From contig CATNEN010000039.1 in NCBI GenBank assembly GCA_950097015.1, positions 19,096,001-19,160,000 on the forward strand: a stretch of 64,000 bases of DNA, read 5' to 3'. Positions within the stretch are counted from its first letter, which is position 1, and the number at the start of each line of letters is the position of its first letter. The notes under the pieces were generated by a model. That model was not told the DNA's origin and searched no databases. It saw only the letters and a list, made by a program, of their open reading frames with translations. Shown one piece after another: positions 36,065 through 49,600 of this stretch. A program made the translations under genes and the position numbers. Origin of the DNA: Macrostomum hystrix. Its lineage: Eukaryota; Animalia; Platyhelminthes.

Positions 36065-36405
36065 CTACACACTTAACGTTTGAAATACAAGAATCCAAAG
36101 GGGGAATTCCCCATAGACATAGTTTAACGATGTTCATTAAAACCCTTGCTCAGCGCTGTTCAATGTCCTTGACAGGAGTCGGCAAACGGTCTCATCTCTT
36201 CCCTTTCTCATCTCTCCCCTGTCTCATCTCTTCTCAGTCTCATCTCCCCCGTCTTATCTCTCCTTTCTAATATGGCTACAGTCAATGCGACCCGCTGTCG
36301 TCTTTTAGGTTCTCTCCGTGGCCCGCACGCTAATAAGTTTGCTGACCCTTGTTTATGCCCTAAAAAACCATGCACTACTTATTCAATAATCGTGCAGACC
36401 CAAAA

Positions 36406-39400
36406 TCAGCCACAAGTGGCATCAAATAAGATCGTCATGGTAACGGAGCCATGCGACCTCTCCGCGTTGCCGCCAGTCACCCCGATGCAGGTGCTACCGG
36501 CGCAAAATGAGCCGCCGCCACCGCCTCCGCAGCCGTTCAATGTGCCGAAGCCGGCGCCACCGCCGCTGAACCCGCCGCCGCCGCCGCTGCCTCCAGCGCT
36601 GCCCATGTATCCGTCACCGCCGCCGCCACCGCCACCATAACCACCGAACGCTCCAGGGTTGCTGCTGCTAGCCGAGCCGCCAATCCAGCCTTCAGCCCTG
36701 CTGCCGCCAGGTCCGCCGTACATATTGTTCGGAATGAAACTCGCCTTGCTTAGCCAACCAGCGCCCAAGCCGCCCTGGTAACTGTCGCCTGAGACCGTGA
36801 TGTAGCCGGGAAGTCCGTTAGAACCACCGTAGCCGGCAGTTAAGTTTTTGTCGCTTTGACTCTGGGCTGACATGCTGCCGCTTGTTTCCATTTCACCGGG
36901 CCTGCCTGTTGACGGTTGATTTTAATGAATGACGACGATTCCGCGTCGAGGCCACATTCATTTGGGGCGCAGCCACGGAAAGAAGGCTTGGGGGCTTGTC
37001 GCGCAATTTACGCCTTCGAGGGCCAACCTCCAATGCATAGAGTGTACACTGCCTGACGATGAGAAAGTCAGGGCAGATGTTACACACCTGTGTGAGCGTG
37101 TGACTGCGTACAGTATCTGTGTGAGTGTGTCATCAGGAGTCAGCGAAATGGACGGAATTGCCTCCTCGCTGGGGCTGCGGGTCTAGAGTCACCAAATGAA
37201 GAGCCAGTGCGCGCCGCCCTCCTGCACGCACCACAGTAACCTTTATCCAAGCAATAATCTGATTACTAGACTGTCAGCAGCTAAACCAGAACAGCAACCG
37301 ACAACCAAACGTACCACTATAGCCTTTCGCGCCACCGCCACCGCCCCCGGCCGCCAGCAAAGGCATCGGACTGCCCTCAACGTACAGGAAGGAGCCGCCG
37401 CCGCCGCCTGATCCTGAGAACTCATTTTGAGATGCGTCGCCGCCCCGTTGCCCGGCAACGATCGCTAGCTTAGTTCCAGCTGTCATATTGAATATGCCAG
37501 TCATGGTTGCTCCTTTGCCACCAGGAAATACAGGATCTTTACCCGGGTAACTGGAGCCGCCCCTGGCGCCTCGGGCTTCAATGCGGTAGCGGCATGAGAT
37601 CGGCACAACGAATGTTTCGATGGACCCGTTGCTTGGCTGCGCTGCAGTCAGTTCGATTTAAAAAACTGGGTCATTAAATTTGATGCCATTGTGTATCAGT
37701 TACTAGGGGGTCAGTGGGACTGCGTGTTTGCCTCTCGCGCGAAGGTCCCTGAGCTCGATTCCGCGGCGAGGCCACATTCGTTTGGGGCGCAGCCGCGGAG
37801 AGAAGGCTTGGGGGCTTGTCGAGCAATTGACGCCCATGAGGGCCAAACTTCAATTCACAGAGTGTACACTGCCTGACGATGAGAAAGTCAGGGCAGATGT
37901 TACACACCTGTGTGAGCGTGTGCCTACGTACAGTATCTGTGTGAGTGTATCATCAGGAGTCTGCGAAATGGACAGAATGGAGCGAATGGACCTCGCTGGG
38001 GCTGCGGGTCTAGTGTCACCAAATGATGCGGCGTTGCCTTCCTGAAATAATTATTGTATTGCTAGTATCAGCTACTTACACCCCACAACCACTTGGTTGG
38101 GCATTGTTCTACGCCTGAGCAGATCCTCGAAATCGACCACCCTCCATAGTCGCCAGCCAGCCTCCACCCTGACCAGGCGACGCCCGAAGGTGCCGACCAG
38201 CTCGGCTGCGCCAGGCTTTGTTGCTGCGTCATGCAGAAGCAGCAGCTGGCAGAGCTCTTCAGAGCTGAGCAATTTGGCCGCAGCACAGTCCACCCTGGCG
38301 CATTCAGCTAGACAATGCAGGTCCAGTTTAGCATGGACGTTCAGCACTGAGCTGCTCACTAGCTCGCCTAGAACTATCGGCTGATCAATTCGAATAAATC
38401 GCTTCTGCACCGAGTCAACCTGACTGGCTGCAGCTGCATACGTTGCTGAAGTGAGTTCGTTGAAGTTCAGCCACCTTCAGCAACATCTACCAAAATTGTC
38501 TTACATCTACCAAATTTATTGTTGTAAGTTCTGCATCCCGTCAATTGTACCCCGTTGAAACTCCTACCTCTCTCCGACCACTCTACCTCTCTCCGACCAC
38601 TCTACCTCTCTCCGACCACTCTACCTCTCTCCGAACACTCTACCTCTCTCCGACCACTCTACCTCTCTCCGACCACTCTACCTCTCTCCGAACACTCTAC
38701 CTCTCTCCGACCACTCTACCTCTCTCCGAACACTCTACCTCTCTCCGACCACTCTACCTCTCTCCGACCACTCTAACTCTCTCCGACCACTCTACCTCTC
38801 TCTGAACACTCTACCTCTCTCTGACCACTCTACCTCTCTCTGACCAGTCTACCTCTCTCTGACCAGTCTACCTCTCTCCGACCACTCTACCTCTTTCTGA
38901 ACACTCTACCTCTCTCTGACCAGTCTACCTATCTCCTAACACTCTACCTCTCCCATTCCACTCTACCTCTCCCATTCCAATCTACCTCTCTCATTCCACT
39001 CTACCTCTCCCATTCCAATCTACCTCTCCCATTCCACTCTACCTCTCCCATTCCACTCTACCTCTCCCATTCCACTCTACCTCTCCCATTCCAATCTACC
39101 TCTCCCATTCCACTCTACCTCTCCCATTCCACTCTACCTCTCCCATTCCACTCTACCTCTCCCATTCTACTCTACCTCTCCCATTCCACTCTACCTCTCC
39201 CATTCCACTCTACCTCTCCCATTCCAATCTACCTCTCCCATTCCACTCTACCTCTCCCATTCCACTCTACCTCTCCCATTCCAATCTACCTCTCCCATTC
39301 CAATCTACCTCTCCCATTCCACTCTACCTCTCCCATTCCACTCTACCTCTCCCATTCCAATCTACCTCTCCCATTCCACTCTACCTCTCCCATTCCAATC

Positions 39401-41036
39401 TACCTCTCCCATTCCACTCTACCTCTCCCATTCCACTCTACCTCTCCCATTCCACTCTACCTCTCCCATTCCACTCTACCTCTCCCATTCCACTCTACCT
39501 CTCCCATTCCAATCTACCTCTCCCATTCCACTCTACCTCTCCCATTCCACTCTACCTCTCCCATTCCACTCTACCTCTCCCATTCTACTCTACCTCTCCC
39601 ATTCCAATCTACCTCTCCCATTCCACTCTACCTCTCCCATTCCACTCTACCTCTCCCATTCCACTCTACCTCTCCCATTCCACTCTACCTCTCCCATTCC
39701 AATCTACCTCTCCCATTCCAATCTACCTCTCCCATTCCACTCTACCTCTCCCATTCCACTCTACCTCTCCCATTCCAATCTACCTCTCCCATTCCACTCT
39801 ACCTCTCCCATTCCACTCTACCTCTCCCATTCCAATCTACCTCTCCCATTCCACTCTACCTCTCCCATTCCACTCTACCTCTCCCATTCCACTCTACCTC
39901 TCCCATTCCACTCTACCTCTCCCATTCCAATCTACCTCTCCCATTCCACTCTACCTCTCCCATTCCACTCTACCTCTCCCATTCCACTCTACCTCTCCCA
40001 TTCTACTCTACCTCTCCCATTCCAATCTACCTCTCCCATTCCACTCTACCTCTCCCATTCCACTCTACCTCTCCCATTCCACTCTACCTCTCCCATTCCA
40101 CTCTACCTCTCCCATTCCACTCTACCTCTCCCATTCCACTCTACCTCTCCCATTCCACTCTACCTCTCCCATTCCACTCTACCTCTCCCATTCCAATCTA
40201 CCTCTCCCATTCCACTCTACCTCTCCCATTCCACTCTACCTCTCCCATTCCACTCTACCTCTCCCATTCTACTCTACCTCTCCCATTCCAATCTACCTCT
40301 CCCATTCCACTCTACCTCTCCCATTCCACTCTACCTCTCCCATTCCACTCTACCTCTCCCATTCCACTCTACCTCTCCCATTCCAATCTACCTCTCCCAT
40401 TCCAATCTACCTCTCCCATTCCACTCTACCTCTCCCATTCCACTCTACCTCTCCCATTCCAATCTACCTCTCCCATTCCACTCTACCTCTCCCATTCCAC
40501 TCTACCTCTCCCATTCCAATCTACCTCTCCCATTCCACTCTACCTCTCCCATTCCACTCTACCTCTCCCATTCCACTCTACCTCTCCCATTCCACTCTAC
40601 CTCTCCCATTCCAATCTACCTCTCCCATTCCACTCTACCTCTCCCATTCCACTCTACCTCTCCCATTCCACTCTACCTCTCCCATTCTACTCTACCTCTC
40701 CCATTCCAATCTACCTCTCCCATTCCACTCTACCTCTCCCATTCCACTCTACCTCTCCCATTCCACTCTACCTCTCCCATTCCACTCTACCTCTCCCATT
40801 CCAATCTACCTCTCCCATTCCAATCTACCTCTCCCATTCCACTCTACCTCTCCCATTCCAATCTACCTCTCCCATTCCACTCTACCTCTCCCATTCCAAT
40901 CTACCTCTCCCATTCCAATCTACCTCTCCCATTCCAATCTACCTCTCCCATTCCACTCTACCTCTAAGTCTCAAAGCTTACCTGTCGCAAAAATGAGCCA
41001 AATAAGACAGCCATGAGGCGGCATCGCAGTCTTCAT
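36406..41036 (-). CDS. Secreted protein, ~415 aa: signal peptide, PAN/apple-like Cys domain and ALK/LTK-type glycine-rich domain; exons 41036-40982, 38445-38080, 37641-37315, 36905-36406
   Basis: Three phase-1 GT-AG introns join into a 1248-nt open frame. It reads [25 protein letters not shown] (signal-like), [11 protein letters not shown]...CQLL, then the Gly-rich motifs [52 protein letters not shown] and GSVTMT. No TM segment or kinase follows. Confidence 0.8.
36936..37198 (+). mobile_element. 5'-truncated SINE copy in intron 3 of the Gly-rich gene
   Basis: Near-identical to 37756-38025, e.g. AGAGTGTACACTGCCTGACGATGAGAAAGTCAGGGCAGATGTTACACACCTGTGTGAGCGTGTG. Confidence 0.7.
37700..38025 (+). 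mobile_element. tRNA-derived SINE, longest copy, in intron 2 of the Gly-rich gene
   Basis: B-box-like GAGCTCGATTCC; the body is shared with three other copies in the window. Confidence 0.7.
38562..40965. repeat. 19-bp pyrimidine-rich minisatellite in two subdomains (CTCTACCTCTCTCCGACCA, then CTCTACCTCTCCCATTCCA) filling intron 1 of the Gly-rich gene
   Basis: Tandem units; the unit type switches at ~38940. Confidence 0.96.
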
Positions 41037-42247
41037 TGTTTGCTCCAAGTAGAAAAATGTCGCTAAAATATTTCTAAAAGCTTTTACACCAACACCAACA
41101 CTAATTTATACTCTGATTCAGTGACACTACTCAGGGATAGATGTCGTGTTGAAGTCATAGCTGAGTTTCTTCCCTAAATTGATTCCTTTAAGTGGCAAGT
41201 GTGACAGTGACATTGGCACTCGGAACCCGTTTGTCAAATGTCAACAAAATCCATTTTGAAGTTGGCAGTTTTTATTGCAAATTAGCTTAAAGTGCTCTTT
41301 AACTTCATTGGCAATTGCAATTGAAAATCACACAGAGTGATGCGATAAACAAGCTAGATTTTCCAACAGTTATTACGGCTGGTAGTCATAAGCATTTATT
41401 GAGAACTGGTTAGGTTGGTTCTTAAAAGTCTAAGATAAAAAAATTATTTCAGATTCATTTGAAAGAAAGCAAAAGATGATTAACGCATCAAAGCATCACA
41501 AAATTACCAAGTATTTAATAATATTTTGATCAGCTGACTCATTTCTGGATAAATATGGACAAAAAACAAAAACTTACGGTTTTACTGTTGAACGGGAGTA
41601 GTTCAAATTCCCACATTCCCATCTTCTGTATATCCTAAAATCATCAACCAACATTTTCCGCTCTAACCGATGAAACAACTTTCAAAATCACAGAACACCG
41701 ACATCGTCAAAATATTTAACGATTCTCGTCGGGGTGTCAGGTGGCAAGACCACCAATGTCGGCATATTTTTCTGCTCAAAAAATTTCCTTATGGAGCCAT
41801 GTCGGCTATGATTATCGATTGGATTGCATCGACTAGATAGTTAATTTTTATATTATTGAACCAATTTGGATTCGTCATAGGGGTTTCTACAGAGCAACGT
41901 TAGTAAGACTAAGCCTTGTCACTAAGACTTAGATAATGTAGCAGACCTCTCAGCTCTCTCTATTTGTTGGATTTGGGATTGGTGAGCTGAGTATTTGGGG
42001 GGGATGGTAGCGTAAGTTATGAGGGTCAGAATAGGTATTTTCCACGCTGTTCGGGTTATACCTAAGGTAGCGCTAATGCCCGAGCGGCAAGACACTAGCT
42101 ACTAACAATGGGAGAGGAATCGACTGCTGCTGGCACGAGGGCTTAGGTCACTCACTGATCTGGGGCACACAGTCCGTGGGGCGTATCAGGATGGATTGAA
42201 GTTGCCTGGTGAACGTCCTTCGCACTCTCACTTACTTTCCTCTATGG

Positions 42248-42794
42248 CAGGGGTAGGCAATCTTATTTGCTGGCGGGCCAAAGAGAGAACCTAAAAGACG
42301 ACAGCGGGCCGCATTGACTGTATAAATATGAGATAGGGGAGAGATGAGACACGGGAGAGATTAGACACGGGAGAGATGAGACACAGGAAAGATGGGACAC
42401 GAGAGAGATGAGACACGGGAGAGATTAGACACGGGAGAGATAAGACACGGGAGAGATTAGACACGGGAGAAATGAGACACAGGAAAGATGGGACACAAGA
42501 GAGATGAGACACGGGAGAGATTAGACACGGGAGAGATTAGACACGGGAGAAATGAGACACAGGAAAGATGGGACACAAGAGAGATGAGACACGGGAGAGA
42601 TAAGACAGGGGAGAGATTAGACACGGGAGAGATTAGACACGGGAGAGATTAGACACGGGAGAGATTAGACACGGGAGAGATTAGACTCGAGATAGATGAA
42701 ACAGGACACTGCAGATGTCAGAAGGGGCAACGGGCCGGATTCGGGAGCTTCGAGGGCCGCATCTGGCCCGCGGGCCGGAGTTTGCCGACCCCTG
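42248..42794. mobile_element. Non-autonomous hAT (Charlie/Ac-like) element with an internal 16-bp minisatellite
   Basis: TIRs CAGGGGTAGGCAA and TTGCCGACCCCTG; exact 8-bp TSD CTCTATGG (42240-42247, 42795-42802); GGGCCG subterminal motifs; internal GGGAGAGATTAGACAC repeats. Confidence 0.9.
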
Positions 42795-43695
42795 CTCTAT
42801 GGGGTCCGGAATTAGTACAGTCTCATGAGGGATAAAGGCGGAGTTTTGGGACTTCAGGGGGTATTTAGATAACTTTAGGTGGACTTCCGATAGACTTCAG
42901 ATGGATTTTTAGATGGGATTTTAGGACGATATTTTAGGATTTCAAAGGGATCATATAATAGGGTGGATTTGGGTAAAGAAGGCCGACGAGAGATCTTTGG
43001 GAGAGGATTGGAAAGGCAAAGGTATCTTAACTGTTTTCCTCTTATTAGGAAAATAACTAAGGAACTCGGTCTATTTAATAGCGAAACAGGGAAAGAGTTA
43101 GGAAGTGTAATCACTTATATTTTCGTAGAGCAAAACGTCAAGAACGTATAGCAGGTTAAACAGGGGTAACAGTATAACCAGAGTTAACCATTGTTAACGG
43201 TGTGGTTGGGGATCGAGGGTGAAGATCGCATTATATTTTCTCCGAGTATATATATACCAAAATTGGGGTGGGTGCATGTCCCGCTTGAGTGCGCACACAA
43301 CGAACAAAGAGCGCTGCGTGAGATTACGACAAATAGCTAGTGCGTGAGAAAAGTGGCGGGAATTAAAAATGAAAGTGTCCTAATTATTCACTGCCTCAAT
43401 AAGAATCGCTGAATATCTCGACGATGCTGACGTCGGACGGCTTTGAAAGTTAGCTCATCGTAAAGAGCGGAAAAGTTCTATCTGAATGGGTGGACTTTAA
43501 CTAAATTCGGTCGTTCGATTTGGAGGCTATCGTGAAGTAGGCAGTGGGTATTTGAAATATCCCGAATAACCCAGTGGTCTTTCATCAGAGTGAAGTAGCG
43601 TTGTAGGAAAATTACAGTTGTCAAATGTAAGCAAAAAAATCCATAGCTTCAAAATTAATACTTTCCAGGAAATAGACTGCGCTTGATTCGTCAGG

Positions 43696-46600
43696 TCAAG
43701 TGGGCCTCGAACTCGGAGAGTACTTAGATAGACTCTCCTTGGCTTGTTCCTTAGAAATATGGCGCCAGGACACGGGAAGATCCAATTTGCAACATCCGTA
43801 ATGACGCTGGAGATTTTCGCTGAATTGATTCATGAACCACATCCAGTACGGTGACGATGAATCCGACGCGTCTGGCGAGATTTGCCAGTCTGGGAACACA
43901 GTCTTGAAGTCTTCGTACTCATGGAAAATAAACTTGAGGCTTTTGCTATCTGGACCTCCGCTCTGGCATTTGCCAGACTGCCTGCATCTGTAATTAACGG
44001 CACCACAATTGAAGTTTGCCATTGTTTGCACATCGAAATTGCAGGACGTGAGGGCGAGTTCGTTTCTATACTGATTGACTCTTGTTCCTGTGACCCCAGC
44101 AGGCCTGTGCTGGAGGCACACATGGTTCCAGTGCGTGCTTTGGTGTCCTTCCGAACTGTTGGAGCAGGGCTCATCGCAGAATGGACACTGCTCCGGGCAG
44201 CCCCACAGTCGCTGCAGCAGAGACTCGGCGGGCGACTCGCCCACCCATTCAATTTCTGTCGCGCCGCTTATGCTGTGCTCAGTCAGTAGCTCCGACTTCA
44301 TGGTCTCCAGTCTTCGTAAAAGAAGCTCTTCAAAGTTCTTGACGTCGCTGATTGAGTTTGCATCGATATGAGAGAAGTTTTCAGTGTGCCAGCCAAGCTT
44401 TGAGCCATTGCAGAATATTTTGATCCACTCCTGAAAAAGTGTGTTAGCAGCAGGGCTTCTGCTGAGTTCATCTAGTAGACTCGCTGAAGCCTCGTGAACT
44501 GACTCCTTGACTGCTTCTACTTGTGGCCTAGTCAATTCTTCGATTAGCTCATTGTAGTGAATGGTCTGTCTGGGTGTTTTGGAGAAAATCTTTGCCTGAA
44601 CGTATCTAGTCAGCCACTTCAGGGCAAACGCTTTGCTGTCCTCGATGTAATCGATGAAGTCTTCGAAATTCCCGTTGTCAGCCAGGCTCTCCATAATTAG
44701 AGTGATCAGATGCAGCTTGGTGAGGTCAAAATCACCGTATAGAGACTTCAGGACCATTAGGGATTTCTGTTCCTTCACTTGCCTGTTGATGGCCACTTTG
44801 ATAGTGGCGGCAAATGCATCGGCTGCGATGACCTCTTCCGTCTCACGTTGCAGTCGGTTCGAGAAGGTTTTTGAAGCCAAATCCTTAAAGTCACGCACTT
44901 TTGCTGCTATTCCGTGCTTCTCCTCGTATTGGTGGTGCCAGGCTTCGAAAATGGCCAGTGCATATTTGCAGGCATGAATCGCGAGAGCCAACTCAAAGCC
45001 TGGATTAGTTTTTATTTTTGGCGTCTTCGGCACCTCTCCACTGTTTAGACCCTTTTCGTTATATTCAGTAATTTCGCGTCTGACCAGTATGATAAAATTC
45101 TGAAAGTCGGTCTTGGATACAATGTGTCTTTCTTTGCTGTTTTCCCGCTCTTTCATCAGCGAGTCAATCTTTGACAAGGCTGAATCAGCAACTAGCACAA
45201 GCACTTGAGCGCAATCTGACGATGACTTCGCTTTTCTAAACAGTTCAATCGATTTCGTGTACGTGAAATGTGAGTCAAGAACAAAGCTTTCCTGAAAGGA
45301 ACCTTGGAGCTTAAAATTAAAGAACTTTGCGTCCTTTTTCGCGCCAGAGAAACAGCGAACATTTTCGTCAAGTGTAGAAGACGGGAGGTCTGAAAACGCT
45401 TCTCTGACTGCTCTCTCTGCTTCAGCAGCAGCATTCCATGGCACTGTCTCCACTCCAATGACCTCATTGATAAACTGATTCCACATGTCCTCAAATAACA
45501 ATTTTTTCTGATCAGGGGTGAGCTGCGTTCTATTCTGTGATTCAGCTAACTTTCTGGTCTCAGTCAGGATTCTGTTCTGGTAATCAGCCATTTTTGTTCG
45601 GTTGAGAAGTGCCGATCTCTGCTCTTCCGTAATGCCCCGCAGCAGATTGGTGCAGGTCTCCAGTATTCGACGGGCGCAATAACTGAGGCTGATTTTCTTG
45701 TCTTGCTCCCATTTATTCGATATGTGCTTCAGCTCATGTCCAGCTAGAAAGATTTCCAATTTTTGTAAAGCTACTGCCTCCGCCTCTTCCACATTCGAAC
45801 TCAATAACTTTTGGGTTACATTCAAGATGGTTTCGAGTAGATTAACTTCATTGCATTGGCGCACTTTTAAAACACCTTCGGACTTCACCCAGTCAGTGAC
45901 GCTACTTTCTAGAGTGAAACAAATCTTAAGGAATTCGCGTTCAACTTCTCTGTAGGCATTCAGCTCCAATGTGTTCTGGAAGCTAAAGACAAAGTCTTCT
46001 CTTAGAACAGCGTCCCAAAGATCGCAAATGCGAATCGCCAAGTTACTGAATGATAGTTTTGAGTTCTCAAATCTCTTCAGCTGCTTCAGAACAGCTATTC
46101 TCGTTTTCTGGGCCATCCGACTGTAATCTGGATTTACTGGTGCATTCGGCGGAGTGCCCTCCCATAGGTTTGGCCAGAAGCAAACATCTGTATTCGGATC
46201 AAACGAAATAATATCCGTGAACTGTCCGACATCGTTAGCTCCCTCTTCTCTGGCAGCAGCTGCAACAGCCCTATTCAGTTCTTGCAGCAGTACGTTGCCT
46301 GCTGTCCGCAGTTTATCGCTTGCATCCACTGCGGCAACATTTTGGTGTAGGAAAATGCAACTCTTTTCCAGGATGACGCTTTTAAATGCCATTTTCATTC
46401 TGATGAGTGCATGGACAGCAATCTGAAGGACGTCACTAATTTCTGATAGACCTTCGCCCATGATGTTAATCAGAGCAACATCAGCCAACCCAATTACCAT
46501 GGTTGCTACTTCGTTGTCGTGCTCTTTCGTGCTTCCTCCAAGCTCCGGAGCTCTGAGCCCTTCAGTATCTATCACAACAACGTAATCGACATTAACGCCT

Positions 46601-49600
46601 GATTTTTCTGGCTGGTTCTTCACCAGCTGCATGAATGCGCCTCTTGTGCAGCGGCCTGCACTGGCGGGAAACTGCAGACCAAACATGGTGTTCAGCAATG
46701 TTGACTTTCCTGAACTCTGGATTCCCAAAATTGACACCACTAGGAGATGCTTTGCACCAATAATGCTCTCTACTTGCTTTAATACAGCTTGTATCCACAA
46801 ATCTGCAACGAAAGTTATGTCTCCGTCGATAATTTCTAACGCGTGTCCTTGCAACAACAGCTGTGCGGCAACGCGTGCGAGACTCTGAGCCAGGTTTTGA
46901 TACTTCTCCTTAAGAGCTACGTTACACATGATTGCTTCGTAAACCTGGGCAACTTCACGCAAGATGTGCTCCAGGCCAAAAGAGGCTCCCTGAAGTTCGA
47001 CATCTGCCTTTTCGAACTGTCGCTTTTGATCCAGCGTGGCATTCTTTTCTCTAGAAATGTCGCCCCATAGACAGTGAAAGCTTCTTCGAATTGCAGCCAG
47101 ATTCACAAGCGACAAAGAATTCAGCTCGATGGCCAAATGGCGAAGGAAAACTTCGGCTTCAATTGGGTCGAACGAAAAGGACTGAAGAGATGTCAGGAAA
47201 TTCAGTATAAAATTATCTTTCTCGTTGACTTGGCTCTGAAGGAGTGACGCTTGCTCTTGCCTCAGCTGGCTGATTTCAGCATCAATCTCGCCGACCCATC
47301 TAGTCTTCTCCTCCCCAACTAGGCTTCGATTCAACCTGAAGCGTTGCTTTTTGCGCTTTGAAATTTCTAAGCAGGGATTTCCATGCAGAGGAAGGTTTGT
47401 TTGTTTTACAACTGCCAAGTTTTCCGACGTGTTGGGTGTTCGGACTTTTTCTACTAAGCGCCGCGCAGCATCGATCGATTCCCTTACGTGGTCGACAGAA
47501 TCTTCGAGAATCCAGTTACTTTTCTGTCGCCCAAAGTCACAAAACTTAGCCAAAGAAGCTAATTTTCTTTCCAAAAAGCCTGTTTTTAACATCTTCTGCA
47601 GAAGAGTATTCGCTATTTCAACATCTTCCATTGCCGTTGCCGGTTTCTTCAAACGAATAAGATCCAGGTTCTTCCTTTCATCTCTGGAACTGAATGTTTG
47701 CTCAAGATCACGAAGGCATTTTGGAATTTGCTCAGAACTCACTAGTAGCCCAAGACGACTTTTGCTTGAGTACAATCTCACAAGCACCTGTGAGAATGCA
47801 TCTGAATGACTGCAATCTTCATCTGGAAGCATTACAACCAGGTAGGTAGAAACCGACGCCAAAAAATCCAGCTGTTCAGAAAGCTCTTCAGCACCTGCAT
47901 CACCACGCAGGTTTAATAAACAGATAGCACTTTGATGTCCAGACTTGTCTGCTGCAGCTGGCAACATCCAGGCTAGCTCGATGCTACCATCGCTATGCAG
48001 TTTCTTTAATGAACTTTTTCCCGACACCGTGAAGGTGTCATGCTTTTTGTTAAGAAACGTGTTTGCGATTTTAGATTTCGAAAATGAACTTGTTCCAAGT
48101 CTGATGACAGAAACAACAGGAAAATCGCCGCTGTTCAAAATAAGTTCAACCGAGCTGCCCGGCTGGCTTTGATTCTGTGGGACGAATTTTAGTACAAGAG
48201 ATCGCAGAGTCCAGGTAAAGAGAAGCTTTTTGCCACCGACTGAGTACAGAATAGGAACAGCAAGCTTGCAGTCAAACAATTTCTCAGATATTGTTTGCCG
48301 CAGCATTGGATTGGCGCTCAGAAAGCAAACCATAAGAACGTCACAAAAATGGAGTGATGTATTCGCGGCATCAGCTCGTGTGTCTGCTTGTGGATTGTAG
48401 TCATCTGACCAATCATCTTCTTCATCTCTCGAATCCAATTGCTCATGGCTTTTAAAGCGAATGATAGTGGACTCTCTACAGTTATAGTTGGTCATTGCTA
48501 GCAGCTTTAGCATGCGGAGTCCAAAACTATCTTTGACATCTGAGTCCGATTCTGAAGACAGGCTCATGACAGTAGACATTGACAGCTTTCCTGGCCAGAA
48601 GTCTTGCAGTCCTAAAGCTTTAATGGCTGAAAGATCAAGATAATTAAGGACCTCGTAAAGCGAAGTAGCTTCAAAAGTTTTTGCACTCCCGGTTTTTTGC
48701 GCTTCGCAGCACCGAGCCAGTGGACCGAGATCGACGGGGATTTTTTGCCCATTTTTGTTGTACTGCTGCAAAATGGTACGCGTCACGGAATCTATGCCCG
48801 TCCAATCAACACAGCCAGACTTTATAAACTCGGCTATGGCTGTACGGATGTTTAGCAGCCAATCGTATTCGCAAACGTTCAGAATCTGTTTTCTGATGTC
48901 AAAGTCGTTAACGTGTACCTGAATGTACTTTTTGTAGACGAAAAGCAAATTTGCCTGGACAAACTCAACTTCATTAGAGGCTGTGAAAACAGCCATTGAG
49001 TTTATCTCCGATTCTATTGCATCCGCCAGTTTTTGAACCGCCTCATAGTTCAGAAGATGATCAAATTGCCCCTCCGAAAGTTGAAACCCATGTGAGATGA
49101 CAACGCAAACAACTAAAAACTTTTCGTAGTTCTGCTTAGCATCCGTAAGGGTTCTTAGAAGCTTATTAATCTCATTTACCAGCTCTGGTTGCATGGCTCG
49201 CATCACTTTTTCATGATCTTCACTAGCCTTTACCGCAATGAAGGCGCTCATATCAGGTAGATAGCGGTTCCTCACAAGCTCAACCAACTGCTCCGGAGAA
49301 GTCAGTGTCTGGCCTGAGCTTCGAAGTTTATAAGGCAATTCAGCAGCTCGCGGTTTGAGTACAGATAAAATCTGTTCCTTCTTTGGAAAGCAAGTTGCAG
49401 ACAGGTCGACAAGCTGTTGCAGGTAGCTGGCAATAGATGGGGATTCAGGCGTCTGAAGCAGCTCTGGGCTATGCCTGAGGAATTCGTCAAGCACAATTTC
49501 TAGGTCGCTATTTTCAGCCCACACAGTGCCGCGTCTGCTGACGGCTGTAAGCTTTTCAATGGTGTTTATTGTCTCAAAAAGTTCTTTTAGTTGCTTACTC

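Noticed and set aside
37241-37258. 18-nt micro-exon in the Gly-rich gene
   Set aside because: Frame-neutral but with a weak donor (GTTACT); direct splicing from 37315 to 36905 already gives a good domain.
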